DNA of 64,000 nt from a virus (lineage: Duplodnaviria > Heunggongvirae > Uroviricota > Caudoviricetes). Where the stretch lies: IMG/VR virus record IMGVR_UViG_3300042558_002764, positions 106,906 through 170,905 of that record; one strand, given 5' to 3'. The notes under the pieces were generated by a model. That model saw only the letters and a program-made list of their open reading frames with translations. It searched no databases and was not told the DNA's origin. The position numbers were made by a program, and so were the translations under genes. Positions 10,389 to 20,208 of the stretch are shown piece after piece (the stretch's first letter is position 1; each line of letters starts with the position of its first letter).

Positions 10389-10805
10389 ATGTACGTCGAA
10401 GTAAGTGGTAGACAAACAGGTAAATCAACTAGGATGGTTGAGGACATAGTTCTTTTTTTAGAAGAAAATGGTGGAAAAACAGCTTTAGTGGTTTCACCAA
10501 CAGGGGCTAGTAGAAAACTAATAAAAGAAAAGATATTTCAAAAATGTGGTTACTGTATAAACAGAGTAATTACATCACATAAGATGTTACCACCCATGAA
10601 TACCATGAAACAATATGTAGATGAGTTTTTTTATGTAAAAGAAAAAGATTTATTTATTGACGGAAGTGCTTATTATGCTGGTACACCTAAATTAGAAGGT
10701 TTCACTGGAAAATACCAAGATATAATAGACCTATTTAACCAAAAAATGGGTAAAATGGTACAATTAAAACCAATAAAAAAACATGGATTTGGAGGAAGTG
10801 ATTGA
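10389..10805 (+). CDS. Small P-loop NTPase-like protein.
   Basis: Walker-A-like SGRQTGKST near the N-terminus. Too short for a terminase. Confidence 0.4.
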   Translation: MYVEVSGRQTGKSTRMVEDIVLFLEENGGKTALVVSPTGASRKLIKEKIFQKCGYCINRVITSHKMLPPMNTMKQYVDEFFYVKEKDLFIDGSAYYAGTPKLEGFTGKYQDIIDLFNQKMGKMVQLKPIKKHGFGGSD

Positions 10806-11184
10806 AAAGTGGGGTAACTTAGGTTTTTTAGATGGGTTAACCGAAGAGTTTAAAGGTAATACAGCTATAACCTATGAAAAGGCTGCCACTATATTAATTA
10901 GTGATGGTCCTTTATTTGGTAGTGGTGATTTTTTAATAACTACTATATTCCCTATAATATATAGAATTTGTAAAACAGGTTTAATTATTAAAAATGTCCC
11001 AAATTTAATACAAAAATTTGACCAGTTTATAACTGATAATAGAGAGGTTATTAGTGATTTACATGGAACAAATTTTGATGCTGAGGCTGAGTTATGTAGT
11101 TTTTTTGCTGAAGACTATTGTGAATGGATTAAAGACAATCCTGAAATGGACCCAATAAAATATATACCAAAACATAAATTATAA
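10783..11184 (+). CDS. Small paralog-family protein, member 1.
   Basis: N-terminal W-x-x-GxLGF motif. C-terminal YIPKHKL matches the ORF at 12929. Confidence 0.4.
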   Translation: MDLEEVIEKWGNLGFLDGLTEEFKGNTAITYEKAATILISDGPLFGSGDFLITTIFPIIYRICKTGLIIKNVPNLIQKFDQFITDNREVISDLHGTNFDAEAELCSFFAEDYCEWIKDNPEMDPIKYIPKHKL

Positions 11185-11477
11185 TGAATTTATCATACAC
11201 CACATTCAAAAATTGGTTTTTAGATAATTACGGACATTTAGGATTTGATTTATCACCACTTTACCAAGACACACAAGATTTAAAATTTTATTTTGGTGTT
11301 TTATATAATAACAATAAAACACAGATGGTTAGGATAAGTTTGGAAAGAGTTTTAGATTTTACTGTTGGTGATAAGGAACTTAGAAAATTAATATTTGACA
11401 CATTATTAACAACTTATGGTTATAGATTAGATGGTGATTTTATACCAATAAAAAAAATTAAACAATTTGAATTGTAA
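11184..11477 (+). CDS. Small paralog-family protein, member 2.
   Basis: GHLGFDLSP N-terminus. C-terminal PIKKIKQFEL matches the next ORF. Confidence 0.4.
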   Translation: MNLSYTTFKNWFLDNYGHLGFDLSPLYQDTQDLKFYFGVLYNNNKTQMVRISLERVLDFTVGDKELRKLIFDTLLTTYGYRLDGDFIPIKKIKQFEL

Positions 11478-11806
11478 TGGATGAAATTTCACAATGGTTT
11501 GAAAATGAGTTTGGTCATTTGGGGTTCACGGTTACACCTATAATGTATAACCCAGATAACTTTTCTCCCGTTAGGGGAGTTTTATTTAGGCATCCACGAG
11601 TAAGTAGTAATTATACTTTTAAAACTAATATACAAATTTCAGTTCAACTCACAGATGACGTATATCATTCTAATTTTAATGTTGAAACTGAATATAAAGA
11701 ATTACTTACAGAGGCAGTAATTCAATTTTTAAATATACACGGATTATCAATAGAGGATTTAAAAGACTTTAAACCTATAAAAAAAATTAATAAATTTAAA
11801 TTATGA
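11477..11806 (+). CDS. Small paralog-family protein, member 3.
   Basis: GHLGFTVTP N-terminus. C-terminal PIKKINKFKL. Confidence 0.4.
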   Translation: MDEISQWFENEFGHLGFTVTPIMYNPDNFSPVRGVLFRHPRVSSNYTFKTNIQISVQLTDDVYHSNFNVETEYKELLTEAVIQFLNIHGLSIEDLKDFKPIKKINKFKL

Positions 11807-12612
11807 TAAAAATAATCTATCACTGTGCTGATTTACACATCAGACTTTATAAAAGACACGATGAATACCGTGAACAATTTCAAAAGTTCTTTGATTCAGT
11901 TAAAGAACATATGGAAGAAAACAACCTTAACAGAGAAGAGGTTAGGATTGTTATTGCTGGTGATGTGGTACACTCTAAGAATCAGTTAACACCTGAACTA
12001 GTAGATTTAACAACATGGTTCTTTAAAAATTGTTGTGACATTTGTGATACCATAGTTATTTTGGGTAACCACGATTTCTTAGCCAATAACTTAGATAGAA
12101 TGGATGCGTTAACACCCATTATTGATACAATGAATGATGATAGACTTAAGTTTTTAAAACACACAGGATGTTTTGAGGATGAGAATATTGTTTGGTGTTT
12201 ATATGGTCATATCGAAGGTTCACAGAGACCTGAAATAGAAAAGGCCAAAGAGGACTTTGGTGATAAGACATACGTTGGTTTATATCATGACCCTTTAATT
12301 GGTTTAAAGACAAATGTTGGGTTTGAATTTGAGGACGGACAAGACATTTCTATTTTTGATGGTTGTGATTTTGTTTGTTGTGGTGATATTCACTTATACC
12401 AAGTGATGAATTATCATGGAACTACTATCGTACAACCCTCATCAATGATACAACAAGATTTTGGTGAGTCTGTAGATAAACACGGGTTTGTTATATGGAA
12501 TGTAGAAACTAAAAAACATAAACATATTAACTTAGAATCCGATTATGGGTTTTATACTTTTAAAATAAGCTCAATAGAGGATATTGAAAATGAAATAGAA
12601 AGGTTAGTATGA
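11803..12612 (+). CDS. Mre11/SbcD-like metallophosphoesterase nuclease (T4 gp47-like).
   Basis: Calcineurin-like motifs ADLHI, GDVVHS, GNHDF and GDIH. Confidence 0.6.
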   Translation: MIKIIYHCADLHIRLYKRHDEYREQFQKFFDSVKEHMEENNLNREEVRIVIAGDVVHSKNQLTPELVDLTTWFFKNCCDICDTIVILGNHDFLANNLDRMDALTPIIDTMNDDRLKFLKHTGCFEDENIVWCLYGHIEGSQRPEIEKAKEDFGDKTYVGLYHDPLIGLKTNVGFEFEDGQDISIFDGCDFVCCGDIHLYQVMNYHGTTIVQPSSMIQQDFGESVDKHGFVIWNVETKKHKHINLESDYGFYTFKISSIEDIENEIERLV

Positions 12613-12923
12613 TAAAACCTAAAAAATATATAAAAAAATACCATTTTGGTGATTTTGATTATGAAAAGGAGTTAAATAGACTTTTAAATGAATTATCTGG
12701 ACAGATTCAAAGTAGTAATAGAGGGGGACCTGCCAATTGGATTGTTTGTTCACCACAAGTAGCTGATTCAATAAACTCAATGATTATGGAATCCCAAATA
12801 GGTGATTGGAGGATAGAAGATAACAGTTTTATACAAGATATACAATTAAGACCTAGAAGAGTACCTCAGTATCTTAACTTGGATATTAGTATCACTAACA
12901 CAGATAATAATTATTTTTTATAA
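12609..12923 (+). CDS. Hypothetical protein.
   Basis: ORF with start-stop overlap. Confidence 0.4.
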   Translation: MIKPKKYIKKYHFGDFDYEKELNRLLNELSGQIQSSNRGGPANWIVCSPQVADSINSMIMESQIGDWRIEDNSFIQDIQLRPRRVPQYLNLDISITNTDNNYFL

Positions 12924-12928
12924 ATAAA

Positions 12929-13243
12929 ATGGCAAATTTTTCAGGATTAACAACACAAAGAGAAGAAATTATTAAAAAGTGGATGGACTCTGGGTTGTTA
13001 GATTGTTTAGACACTAATAATGAAACAAAAATAAATATAGCCTCATTACTTGAGGGTCAGACATCACAGTTAATTAATGAAGTGGATGAAGTACCTAGCA
13101 CTGGTGGTTTTGATACTATAGTGTTCCCAATAGTAAGAAGGATTTATCCTAGAACATTATTTCAAGACTTACAGTCACATTACGTGGAATTTAAAAAAGA
13201 TGGTTTAACACCATATAATTACGTTAAAAAACATAAATTATGA
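12929..13243 (+). CDS. Small paralog-family protein, member 4.
   Basis: SGLLDCLD N-terminal motif and C-terminal NYVKKHKL, both similar to the ORF at 10783. Confidence 0.4.
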   Translation: MANFSGLTTQREEIIKKWMDSGLLDCLDTNNETKINIASLLEGQTSQLINEVDEVPSTGGFDTIVFPIVRRIYPRTLFQDLQSHYVEFKKDGLTPYNYVKKHKL

Positions 13244-13461
13244 CAATAGGGGATAAAGTAAAATATGAGAATTCTTTTTCAGATACTATGATAGGTACTA
13301 TAGTTAGTAAAGAACAACCTACTTGTAAATGTAAAGGAATGGGTAAATGGGTTATTGACTTTAGTGGTGAAATTAAAAAAATAAAAATAAGTGATGAAAG
13401 ATTAAGTCTATATAATATAGAACCAACTATGACTAATTTAAATTTTAATTTTGGAAAATAA
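13240..13461 (+). CDS. Hypothetical small protein.
   Basis: ORF. Confidence 0.3.
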   Translation: MTIGDKVKYENSFSDTMIGTIVSKEQPTCKCKGMGKWVIDFSGEIKKIKISDERLSLYNIEPTMTNLNFNFGK

Positions 13462-13852
13462 TAAAAAATATCCTGATAATATTGTCTTTAATGAAAAGAC
13501 AGATAAATTTGATGCTAACCTAAAGCATTACCCAACAACGGTGGGTGCTCAAAAGTTTGAAATTTTACAGATAGATAAATCAGATGCAATAAAGGCTGAT
13601 AAATATTTTAATAAAAAATTAGAAGAATTAAAGGAAGAGTATGATAAGTTGCTGAATGAGTATGAGTCAACCAAGTTATTATACAACACCAAATATTCAT
13701 TTCAACCTATATTAGGTGAGATTTATTATATCTATAAGAATAATAATGATGAAAACTTTTTAAGTATCATAAAACCTAATGAATGGAATAAACCATGTTA
13801 TGGTAGTTATAAACTAAATACTAATGGAACATGGGAAGAGATAGAGTATTAA
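13451..13852 (+). CDS. Hypothetical protein.
   Basis: ORF. Confidence 0.4.
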   Translation: MENNKKYPDNIVFNEKTDKFDANLKHYPTTVGAQKFEILQIDKSDAIKADKYFNKKLEELKEEYDKLLNEYESTKLLYNTKYSFQPILGEIYYIYKNNNDENFLSIIKPNEWNKPCYGSYKLNTNGTWEEIEY

Positions 13853-13859
13853 TAATAAT

Positions 13860-14450
13860 ATGAATAGAAATTTAACCCTACAAGAAAAAATAGTAAAATT
13901 AACCACAAATAGTTTTCATAACATAGATAATAACATAAGACAAGGTGAACAAATTACTCGTGAAAACTATGAAACTTTAAGAGAACAAATAATTGGTCTT
14001 TTGGAATATCTTGAAAATGAAAAGGTATATGTTTTAGATTTACCAGGTAATATAATACCACACCCTGAAGCTAGAAGAAGGATGGTAGACCCTGAGTTAG
14101 CTAACACACCAACAACAAAAACTTTAGTAGTTGGTACTCAAAATTTTAATACTTTTTATGATTTAGTTATAAAAATAATGGAAGATTTAAGTAGTAATAA
14201 AGAAGTTTTTATATACACAATAGACACCGTTAGGATATTCAACCCGATAAATTTTGAACCTGATTATAGATACATAGTTAGATATAGTACTATCGATATG
14301 GATTATTGGTATAACCCACAATACGTAGAACAAATAAATAACCCTATACAACCTGAACAATATTTTGAAAGGTATTCAAATACAAGAACAGATGAAAAAT
14401 CTAATAAACCAAAATCTATTGGTGATAGTAAATTGATACACAAATTTTAA
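13860..14450 (+). CDS. Hypothetical protein.
   Basis: ORF. Confidence 0.45.
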   Translation: MNRNLTLQEKIVKLTTNSFHNIDNNIRQGEQITRENYETLREQIIGLLEYLENEKVYVLDLPGNIIPHPEARRRMVDPELANTPTTKTLVVGTQNFNTFYDLVIKIMEDLSSNKEVFIYTIDTVRIFNPINFEPDYRYIVRYSTIDMDYWYNPQYVEQINNPIQPEQYFERYSNTRTDEKSNKPKSIGDSKLIHKF

Positions 14451-15040
14451 TGGAACTACCTAAAGATTTAAAAGATGAAATATGGGAATACTGTAGATTA
14501 AACGATATAACCGATTTGAATGCTTTTATGGTTAGGATGTTAAAACAAGGTTACAATATTGAAAAATATGGTGCCACCCCTTTTAAAATGGGGCAAAAAG
14601 AACCTGAAATTATTGAAAAAGAAATCATCAGGGAAGTGATTGTAGAAAAAGAGGTGATTAAAGAGGTTATTGTCGAAAAAGAGAAGATTGTTGAGGTAAT
14701 TAAAGAAGTCCCTGTTGAGGTTATAAAAGAAATAATCGTAGAAAAAATTGGTGGTATTACTGAAAATAGAGTGGAAGTACCTGTTGAAGTAATAAAAGAA
14801 GTTATTAAAGAGGTTATAGTAGAAAAAATTGTTGAGGTGCCAATTAAAAACGATAAACAATTTAAAGAATTAGAACAACAAGTTGAAAACCTTAAAATAG
14901 AGTTAGAGTTGGAAAAAAATAGAAACTATAAACCAACTAAAACAGAAAAACCAAAAGAAGAAAATTCAAAAACACCAACTAGCAACGTTATTAGTTGGAT
15001 ATCCAAATCTGAAAGGGATACTGATTTATATGGAGAGTAA
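14450..15040 (+). CDS. Repeat protein with EVIKEVIVEK tandem repeats.
   Basis: About eight imperfect 10-aa repeats, EVIKEVIVEK / VEVIKEIIVEK. Confidence 0.45.
   Translation: MELPKDLKDEIWEYCRLNDITDLNAFMVRMLKQGYNIEKYGATPFKMGQKEPEIIEKEIIREVIVEKEVIKEVIVEKEKIVEVIKEVPVEVIKEIIVEKIGGITENRVEVPVEVIKEVIKEVIVEKIVEVPIKNDKQFKELEQQVENLKIELELEKNRNYKPTKTEKPKEENSKTPTSNVISWISKSERDTDLYGE
14620..14850 (+). repeat. In-frame imperfect tandem DNA repeats of about 30 nt inside a CDS.
   Basis: Repeated gaggt(g/t)attaaagaggttat(t/a)gt(c/a)gaaaaa units. Confidence 0.5.
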
Positions 15041-15094
15041 ACAAGTCTTTATTTAATCAAAAATTTAAAGTATATTTTTATAAATTAAAGAAAT

Positions 15095-17473
15095 ATGGAA
15101 AACTTGGTAAAAGAAGTTAAAACTGTTGTGCCTGAAAAGGCTAAAATCAGAGTTATATGGGATGATAGTCCAGAAAATTACACCCAGGAACGTGCAAAAA
15201 GAATTGCTAAATACTTTACTGAGAAATATAACAACCCTAATGTACAGGTTATTTTTAAACCTAAAAAAGTACTCACTGAAAATGGTGAAGTAGAAATGAC
15301 CGTTGCTGATAATGTAATGGATACTAATTATCAAAGAAAGTTATTTAAACAATGGATTACTGATAATAAAGTAGATGTTGATTGGGATAGACTCTTACGT
15401 TTAGATGATAAAGTAAACGAAAAATTATCACAAGAAAGAGAAACAGATTATAGATATCGTAATTGGTATATAAAGGAGTTAGAGTGGTCTAATTTCCTTT
15501 CTTATGGTGATGGTAATAAAATCTCTTTTAAAGAGTTAGAGGGTATTACAGTGATTACTTCAGACCCGTTAAATATGGGTGGTAAAACAACTCTTGCTTT
15601 AGATTTACTTTTATTCCTTTTCTTTAATACCACCACAAAAGGTAGTACCGCAATTAAAATGTTTAATCTTTTTAGAGAAGATAAAAATGAAGTAGTTGTT
15701 AAGGGTAAAGTTGCTATTGATGGTGTAGATTATATCATCGAGAGAACTGTTGTACGTAAAGCTAAAAGGACTGGTGATGAGTATACCACTAGAACAGACT
15801 TATCTTTCTATAGAACCTTACCTGATGGTAGTATTGAAAACTTAGAAGGTGAACAAAGAAGAGAAACAGAAGAATTTATAAAAAAATCGGTTGGTTCAGT
15901 GAATGATTTTTTATTAACAATTATTGCTGATGCCGACAATCTTGAGGACATCATTCACACCAAACCGACTGAAAAAGGGCGAATCCTATCTAGATTTATT
16001 GGATTAGAAGTTATTGAAGACAAAGAAACTATTGTCAAAGAAATGAAATCTAATTGGTCAAAAGGATTAAAATCAGACCAATACAATATTACAGACTTAA
16101 ATTCTGAGATTGGTGAACTAAAAAGTTTAATTTCTGAAAATGAAAACTCGATTAAAGAAAATGAATTAGAAATTAAATCCCTAGAACTTAATATTGAGTC
16201 TTCCACAGTCAAAAAAGAAAATTTAATTGGTAAAAAAATAGAGATAGATTCTGATGTTATTAATTTAAGACCCGAAGATATTGATAATGAAATTGATAGA
16301 ATCGAATTGTACGGTAAGAAGAAAAAGAGTGAGTATGAGGATACTAAAAAATCTTTTGATTCTATGACAGAACCAGTTTATGATGAAGATTTACATGAGG
16401 AATATGTAAAACAAGAACGAGGATTTAGTTTAGAAGTAGAGAGAGCTAAATCTAAAATAAAGGAAACTCAAAAAACAATTAAAAATTTAGAAGAGGGTGA
16501 GTTCTGTTCTTTATGTAAACAACCTTTAGCTGATGTAGACCATTCAGATGAAATTGAGGAAAATAAAGTATTATTAGATACTTTGGGTAGTGATTTATTG
16601 TCTTTATCCGAAAAATTAGTTGAGATTACAAATCTAGTTAAAGAACAAGATAACATTAAATCTTCTGTTTGGGAATACGATAGAACTTCTTTAACGGTTT
16701 CTAAACTAGAATTGGATTTAGAAAAATTAAGATTAGAAAGAAAAGAAAAATTAGACCTTAAAAAACGTTATGAAGATAATCTAGACAATATCCAAAAAAA
16801 TAAAGATTTGGAGAGTCAGATAATAGGTTATAATTCTAAAATAAGTGGATTAGAATTGGAAAAAACTAATAAAATTAAATTAGGTGAAAGATTATCTAAT
16901 GAAATTGAAACTTATAAAACAAAGATAAATAAGAACGAGGAATACATTAAAACTATTAAAGCAGAAGAAGAAATTAAAATAATTTTTGATGTTTATGCTA
17001 GAATGGTTGGTAAAAATGGTATCCTTAAAATAATAATGAGAAGTGTTATGCCTTTAATTAACTCAGAATTGGATAGATTACTAGTAGATACGGCATCATT
17101 TAAATTAGAAGTGGATATTAACGATAAGAAAGAAGTTGAATTTTTAATAGTAAAAGAAAACGAAAAAGGTGAGGCTATCAAATACCCTATTAATGAAGGT
17201 AGTGGATTTGAAAAAACAGTGTCATCATTAGCTTTACGTTGTGTAATGTCAAAAGTCAGTTGTCTACCAAAACCTAACATAATTGTTTTTGATGAGGTTT
17301 TTGGAAAGGTTGCTAACACTAATTTAGAGTTAGTTGGAAACTTCTTTCAGAAATGTTCAGAAATGTTCCCTAACATTTTTATTATAACACATAATGAAAT
17401 TGTTAAAGATTGGGCGACTAAAATAATAACAATTAAAAAGAAAAATAACATATCATCATTAATGGTACAATAA
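15095..17473 (+). CDS. Rad50/SbcC-like SMC ATPase (T4 gp46-like).
   Basis: Walker A NMGGKTT. Long coiled-coil with a CSLCKQP zinc hook. C-terminal Walker B IIVFDEVFG. Confidence 0.7.
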   Translation: MENLVKEVKTVVPEKAKIRVIWDDSPENYTQERAKRIAKYFTEKYNNPNVQVIFKPKKVLTENGEVEMTVADNVMDTNYQRKLFKQWITDNKVDVDWDRLLRLDDKVNEKLSQERETDYRYRNWYIKELEWSNFLSYGDGNKISFKELEGITVITSDPLNMGGKTTLALDLLLFLFFNTTTKGSTAIKMFNLFREDKNEVVVKGKVAIDGVDYIIERTVVRKAKRTGDEYTTRTDLSFYRTLPDGSIENLEGEQRRETEEFIKKSVGSVNDFLLTIIADADNLEDIIHTKPTEKGRILSRFIGLEVIEDKETIVKEMKSNWSKGLKSDQYNITDLNSEIGELKSLISENENSIKENELEIKSLELNIESSTVKKENLIGKKIEIDSDVINLRPEDIDNEIDRIELYGKKKKSEYEDTKKSFDSMTEPVYDEDLHEEYVKQERGFSLEVERAKSKIKETQKTIKNLEEGEFCSLCKQPLADVDHSDEIEENKVLLDTLGSDLLSLSEKLVEITNLVKEQDNIKSSVWEYDRTSLTVSKLELDLEKLRLERKEKLDLKKRYEDNLDNIQKNKDLESQIIGYNSKISGLELEKTNKIKLGERLSNEIETYKTKINKNEEYIKTIKAEEEIKIIFDVYARMVGKNGILKIIMRSVMPLINSELDRLLVDTASFKLEVDINDKKEVEFLIVKENEKGEAIKYPINEGSGFEKTVSSLALRCVMSKVSCLPKPNIIVFDEVFGKVANTNLELVGNFFQKCSEMFPNIFIITHNEIVKDWATKIITIKKKNNISSLMVQ

Positions 17474-17481
17474 TTTTTTAG

Positions 17482-17489
17482 TATCTTTG
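17482..17489 (+). promoter_or_regulatory. -7 box TATCTTTG.
   Basis: TAnnTTTG match, 30 nt upstream of the ATG at 17519. Confidence 0.35.
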
Positions 17490-17518
17490 TTGGTATATAT
17501 TTATAAATAAAAGAAGTT

Positions 17519-17968
17519 ATGGATGCAAGATATATGATTGTTATCCTAGGTTCCTATAAAGGAATTGAGGAAGATTTAAACAACATAGCTAACGGTGAGG
17601 ATGGTGTTAATTATGTCGATGGTAACGGTATATTTATGGGTACTTTTTATAGTGTTTATAATACTATAGAGATATACGAAAACTTAGTTCATATACCAGC
17701 TTTTTTATTGTTTGAGATATCTGACCCCTCACATAGTGCTATAAGTCTACCAACGAAATATCTAAAGGGTTTGTTTCCTGAGATTGAAAAAACGTTAAAC
17801 GAACTTACAGGTGAACCTAAAGTCAAAACTAGAAGAAAAGGTAAGAAAAAGGTTGAGGTTGAGGAATACAATAATGTTGATGATATTTTGGATAAACTTA
17901 GTAGAAACAACTATGATAGAGGCTGTTTGACAGAGAGTGAAATTGAAATTTTAGAAAAAAGTTCTTAA
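17519..17968 (+). CDS. Hypothetical protein.
   Basis: ORF. Confidence 0.45.
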   Translation: MDARYMIVILGSYKGIEEDLNNIANGEDGVNYVDGNGIFMGTFYSVYNTIEIYENLVHIPAFLLFEISDPSHSAISLPTKYLKGLFPEIEKTLNELTGEPKVKTRRKGKKKVEVEEYNNVDDILDKLSRNNYDRGCLTESEIEILEKSS

Positions 17969-18013
17969 TTTTTTGATTTTTAAAAAAGTATTCATTATAT
18001 TTGTAAAAAAATT

Positions 18014-18208
18014 ATGAATATGGAAAGTAAGGAATTAAAAAATGAAATGAATAAATTACGTCAAGTAAAAGACGTAGTTTTCAAAAATGAGGTTAACAAT
18101 AATTGTGTTTCTACTCTCAGTGAGATTGAAAAATTAATCAAAAAATACCCTAACGATTACGACTTGGGTCAAAATTTAAGAAAATTTTATTTGGAATCGA
18201 TTAAATAA
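18014..18208 (+). CDS. Hypothetical small protein.
   Basis: ORF. Confidence 0.35.
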   Translation: MNMESKELKNEMNKLRQVKDVVFKNEVNNNCVSTLSEIEKLIKKYPNDYDLGQNLRKFYLESIK

Positions 18209-18212
18209 TTAT

Positions 18213-18220
18213 TATCTTTG
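18213..18220 (+). promoter_or_regulatory. -7 box TATCTTTG.
   Basis: TAnnTTTG match, 6 nt upstream of the ATG at 18227. Confidence 0.4.
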
Positions 18221-18226
18221 TATTTA

Positions 18227-18640
18227 ATGGATAGGGAAAAATACACTAAGATATTAAAAACGGGTGAACGGGTAGATTGGCACGGCGCTAATGTGCCCAA
18301 TGAACTAATAACTAGTTCAGTTAGACTTTGGTCTGACGCGTTATCACATGAAATAGACAAAATTGAGAGTGAGTTAGACGACTTAAAAGGTGTTTCTTTA
18401 GATAAACGTAAAGCTTATTTACAATCATTAAAAAACAATTTAAAAGATTGTCCTTATACTTTGAATGGTGATTTCTACCTCATCAAAAAAAGAGCTATTG
18501 AGAAAGAAATGGCTGAAGATAAAAAAGTAGAGAAACCTAAAAAAACAAAAGAAAAGGTAGTTAAAGAGACAACCAAAAAAGAAATAGTTAGTTCTAGAAC
18601 TAAAAACAGTGATTTAATATTCGGTAAAAAAACAAAATAA
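18227..18640 (+). CDS. Hypothetical Lys-rich protein. Start moved to the ATG at 18227.
   Basis: The track start at 18218 is a TTG codon. The ATG at 18227 follows a -7 box. Confidence 0.45.
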   Translation: MDREKYTKILKTGERVDWHGANVPNELITSSVRLWSDALSHEIDKIESELDDLKGVSLDKRKAYLQSLKNNLKDCPYTLNGDFYLIKKRAIEKEMAEDKKVEKPKKTKEKVVKETTKKEIVSSRTKNSDLIFGKKTK

Positions 18641-18644
18641 ATAT

Positions 18645-19460
18645 ATGGTATCATACAAACGTTACATTGACACAACAGAGGACTCTATTTCTAACTATTT
18701 AAAAGAGGTTAGAAAGATTGATTTGGTAACACCCGAAGAAGAGTTGGAGTTAGCTAAAAAAATTGCTGAGGGGGACAAAAGGGCATTAGATAAATTGGTT
18801 AAAGCTAATCTTAGATTTGTTATCTCAATAGCTAAAGAATATCAAGGACAAGGGATTCCTTTGGTAGATTTGATTTCTGAAGGTAACTACGGATTGATAA
18901 AAGCTGCAGGTAAATTTGACCATACAAGAGGTTTTAGGTTTATTTCTTATGCTGTTTGGTGGGTTAAGCAATCGATTCTACAATCTTTGTGTGAAAATTC
19001 AAGAACAGTAAGACTTCCTGTTAATATCACAAACCAGTTATCAAAAATTAAAAAAGAGATTGCTGTCTTCGAACAAGAAAATCAAAGAATGCCAATCAAC
19101 GGTGAGATGGATTTATCTGTACTAAATCACCCTACATGTACTTCATTGAATGATAAAATAAATGAAGAAGGTGATGAGATTATGGACTTAATTCCTGATT
19201 TAACATTTGCTAGACCTGACGAGGACACTATGTCTGATGAAATCTTAAAAAACGAATTGGAAAAAACTTTATCAATTTTAAGTGATAGAGAAAGAAAAAT
19301 TGTTGACATGTATTTTGGTGTTGATGGTGGTGCTTTAACTCTTGAACAAATTGGTGATGAGTTTGGTCTTACAAAAGAACGTATTCGTCAGATTAAAGAA
19401 AAGGCTTTAAGAAAGTTGAAGAATAATAGTGAAAATCTTTTTGAATTTGTACAAAAGTAA
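18645..19460 (+). CDS. Sigma-70 family RNA polymerase sigma factor.
   Basis: Region 2 DLISEGNYGLIKAAGKFD...FISYAVWWVKQSI. Region 4.2 LTLEQIGDEFGLTKERIRQIKEKALRKL. Confidence 0.75.
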   Translation: MVSYKRYIDTTEDSISNYLKEVRKIDLVTPEEELELAKKIAEGDKRALDKLVKANLRFVISIAKEYQGQGIPLVDLISEGNYGLIKAAGKFDHTRGFRFISYAVWWVKQSILQSLCENSRTVRLPVNITNQLSKIKKEIAVFEQENQRMPINGEMDLSVLNHPTCTSLNDKINEEGDEIMDLIPDLTFARPDEDTMSDEILKNELEKTLSILSDRERKIVDMYFGVDGGALTLEQIGDEFGLTKERIRQIKEKALRKLKNNSENLFEFVQK

Positions 19461-20185
19461 TGAAAATAGTTGTTTTTACAGGGGCAGGAGTTTCTAAGGA
19501 ATCAGGTATTGATACATTCAGAGATGCTGGTGGTACATGGGAAAATGAAGATGTTGAAGCTGTTGCCACACCTGAAGGTTGGAGAAAAGACAGAGAAAGA
19601 GTATTGGATTTTTACAACAAAAGAAGGCAACAGTTACTTGGTGTCGAACCCAATGAGGCACATAAACTTATTGCTGAATTAGAAAAAGAACATGAGGTAA
19701 CCGTTATCACACAAAATGTAGATAATTTACATGAACGTGGGGGTTCTACAAACATCTTACATTTACATGGTGAGTTAACTAAAGCACAGAGTAGTTTAAA
19801 CCATAAGAAAGTTATTGATGTTGGTTATAAACCAACTAATATTGGTGACAAACATGAAGACGGTTCACAATTAAGACCACACATTGTTTGGTTTAATGAG
19901 TACCCCAATAATATAAATGAATCTGTAATAGCTCTTAGAAATTGTGATGTTTTATTAGTTATTGGCACCACATTATTTATAAGTTATACACTTGGTCTAT
20001 TGAGGTCTTGTAAAGATTTACATAACCCTAATATGGGGGTGATAGACGTTGTTTGCATCGACCCCAACCCTCCTAAAGGTGAACTAGATGGTATGTTTAG
20101 AGATGTTAATTATATTGAAAAACCTGCCACTGAGGGTATGAAAGAATTTATTGAAAATTATTTGCCTAAATTTATTGCTAATTAA
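19460..20185 (+). CDS. Sir2-family NAD-dependent protein deacylase (sirtuin).
   Basis: N-terminal GAGVSKESGIDTFRDAGGTWE sirtuin motif, plus QNVDNLHE and a conserved HG motif. Start overlaps the sigma-gene stop (TAATG). Confidence 0.7.
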   Translation: MKIVVFTGAGVSKESGIDTFRDAGGTWENEDVEAVATPEGWRKDRERVLDFYNKRRQQLLGVEPNEAHKLIAELEKEHEVTVITQNVDNLHERGGSTNILHLHGELTKAQSSLNHKKVIDVGYKPTNIGDKHEDGSQLRPHIVWFNEYPNNINESVIALRNCDVLLVIGTTLFISYTLGLLRSCKDLHNPNMGVIDVVCIDPNPPKGELDGMFRDVNYIEKPATEGMKEFIENYLPKFIAN

Positions 20186-20208
20186 AATAATACCCTTATA
20201 TTTGTATT

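Noticed and set aside
10389-10805. Terminase large subunit call from the GRQTGKST Walker A.
   Set aside because: Only 138 aa. No nuclease domain or downstream continuation. Kept as a generic P-loop protein.
14540-14860. Minus-strand ORF rich in F/N/Y inside the EVIKEVIVEK repeat gene.
   Set aside because: Low-complexity antisense frame of an A/G-rich coding repeat. No independent signals.
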